A stretch of DNA of 64,000 bases. Origin: a virus. Lineage: Duplodnaviria; Caudoviricetes. The stretch lies in IMG/VR virus record IMGVR_UViG_3300002026_000256, positions 1-64,000 of that record; one strand, 5' to 3'. Position 1 is the stretch's first letter. The number at the start of each line of letters is the position of its first letter. A program made the translations under genes and the position numbers. The notes beneath the pieces are model-generated. The model searched no databases. It worked only from the letters and a program-made list of their open reading frames with translations, and was not told the DNA's origin. Below are positions 63,842 to 64,000 of the stretch, piece after piece.

Positions 63842-64000
63842 TAAATTGCTCCTTTAACCAACCAAAATTGTTAATCATTTTTAACGCATTAACATTGCCA
63901 ATGTTTTCTTGCCCGTACTTTTGACCAGCCTTGGCACCACGTAAGCAGGCATCGTTAAACGGATGATCACTTACGCAAGTAGTCCATACGTTTAGCCTAT
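63831..64000 (-). CDS. C-terminal end of a gene running off the window
   Basis: RLNVWTTCVSDHPFNDACLRGAKAGQKYG..INNFGWLKEQFNAN*. Confidence 0.6.
   Translation of the reverse strand, partial: RLNVWTTCVSDHPFNDACLRGAKAGQKYGQENIGNVNALKMINNFGWLKEQFNAN

Noticed and set aside
1-64000. Stop-codon reassignment
   Set aside because: Core genes are full length in code 11, TAG and TGA end genes normally, and no CTA, TTA or TCA anticodon tRNA was found

Overview
A 64-kb segment of a large T4-like myophage genome, read in the standard genetic code. Identifications come from motif recognition by eye, with no database search. 0.1-28 kb is a morphogenesis and recombination block: neck, sheath, tube, baseplate, head completion, terminase, gp32, UvsX and UvsY, with TATAAATA-type late promoters and many putative capsid-targeted internal proteins. 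28.3-43.1 kb is a translation island with about 38 tRNA genes covering all 20 amino acids, several structurally odd. At its head sits a sigma70 promoter, a 52-codon leader ORF using all 20 amino acids, and overlapping antiterminator/terminator hairpins (attenuator-like), followed by a 39-aa ArfA-like peptide missing from the ORF track. The island also has a GIY-YIG endonuclease inserted at tRNA-Trp, three AGG-N5-TTCAGCAA...CCTGTT RNA cassettes occupying tRNA slots, and a promoter-driven tandem array of seven hairpin-enclosed RNA cassettes (37.78-38.48 kb). That array is followed by a tmRNA-like RNA and a NYN nuclease. 39.4-42.5 kb is an array of short paralogous ORFs. 43.1-64 kb is an AT-rich modification cluster: APS kinase-like fusion, IscU, IscA/ErpA, nine radical SAM enzymes, two QueC-like proteins, 2OG oxygenases, SDR, GNAT, desaturase, sulfotransferase-like proteins and a methyltransferase, with a signal-peptide/tandem-repeat peptide beside it. 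Several non-core genes carry apparent small deletions or frameshifts, which may be real decay or assembly error.
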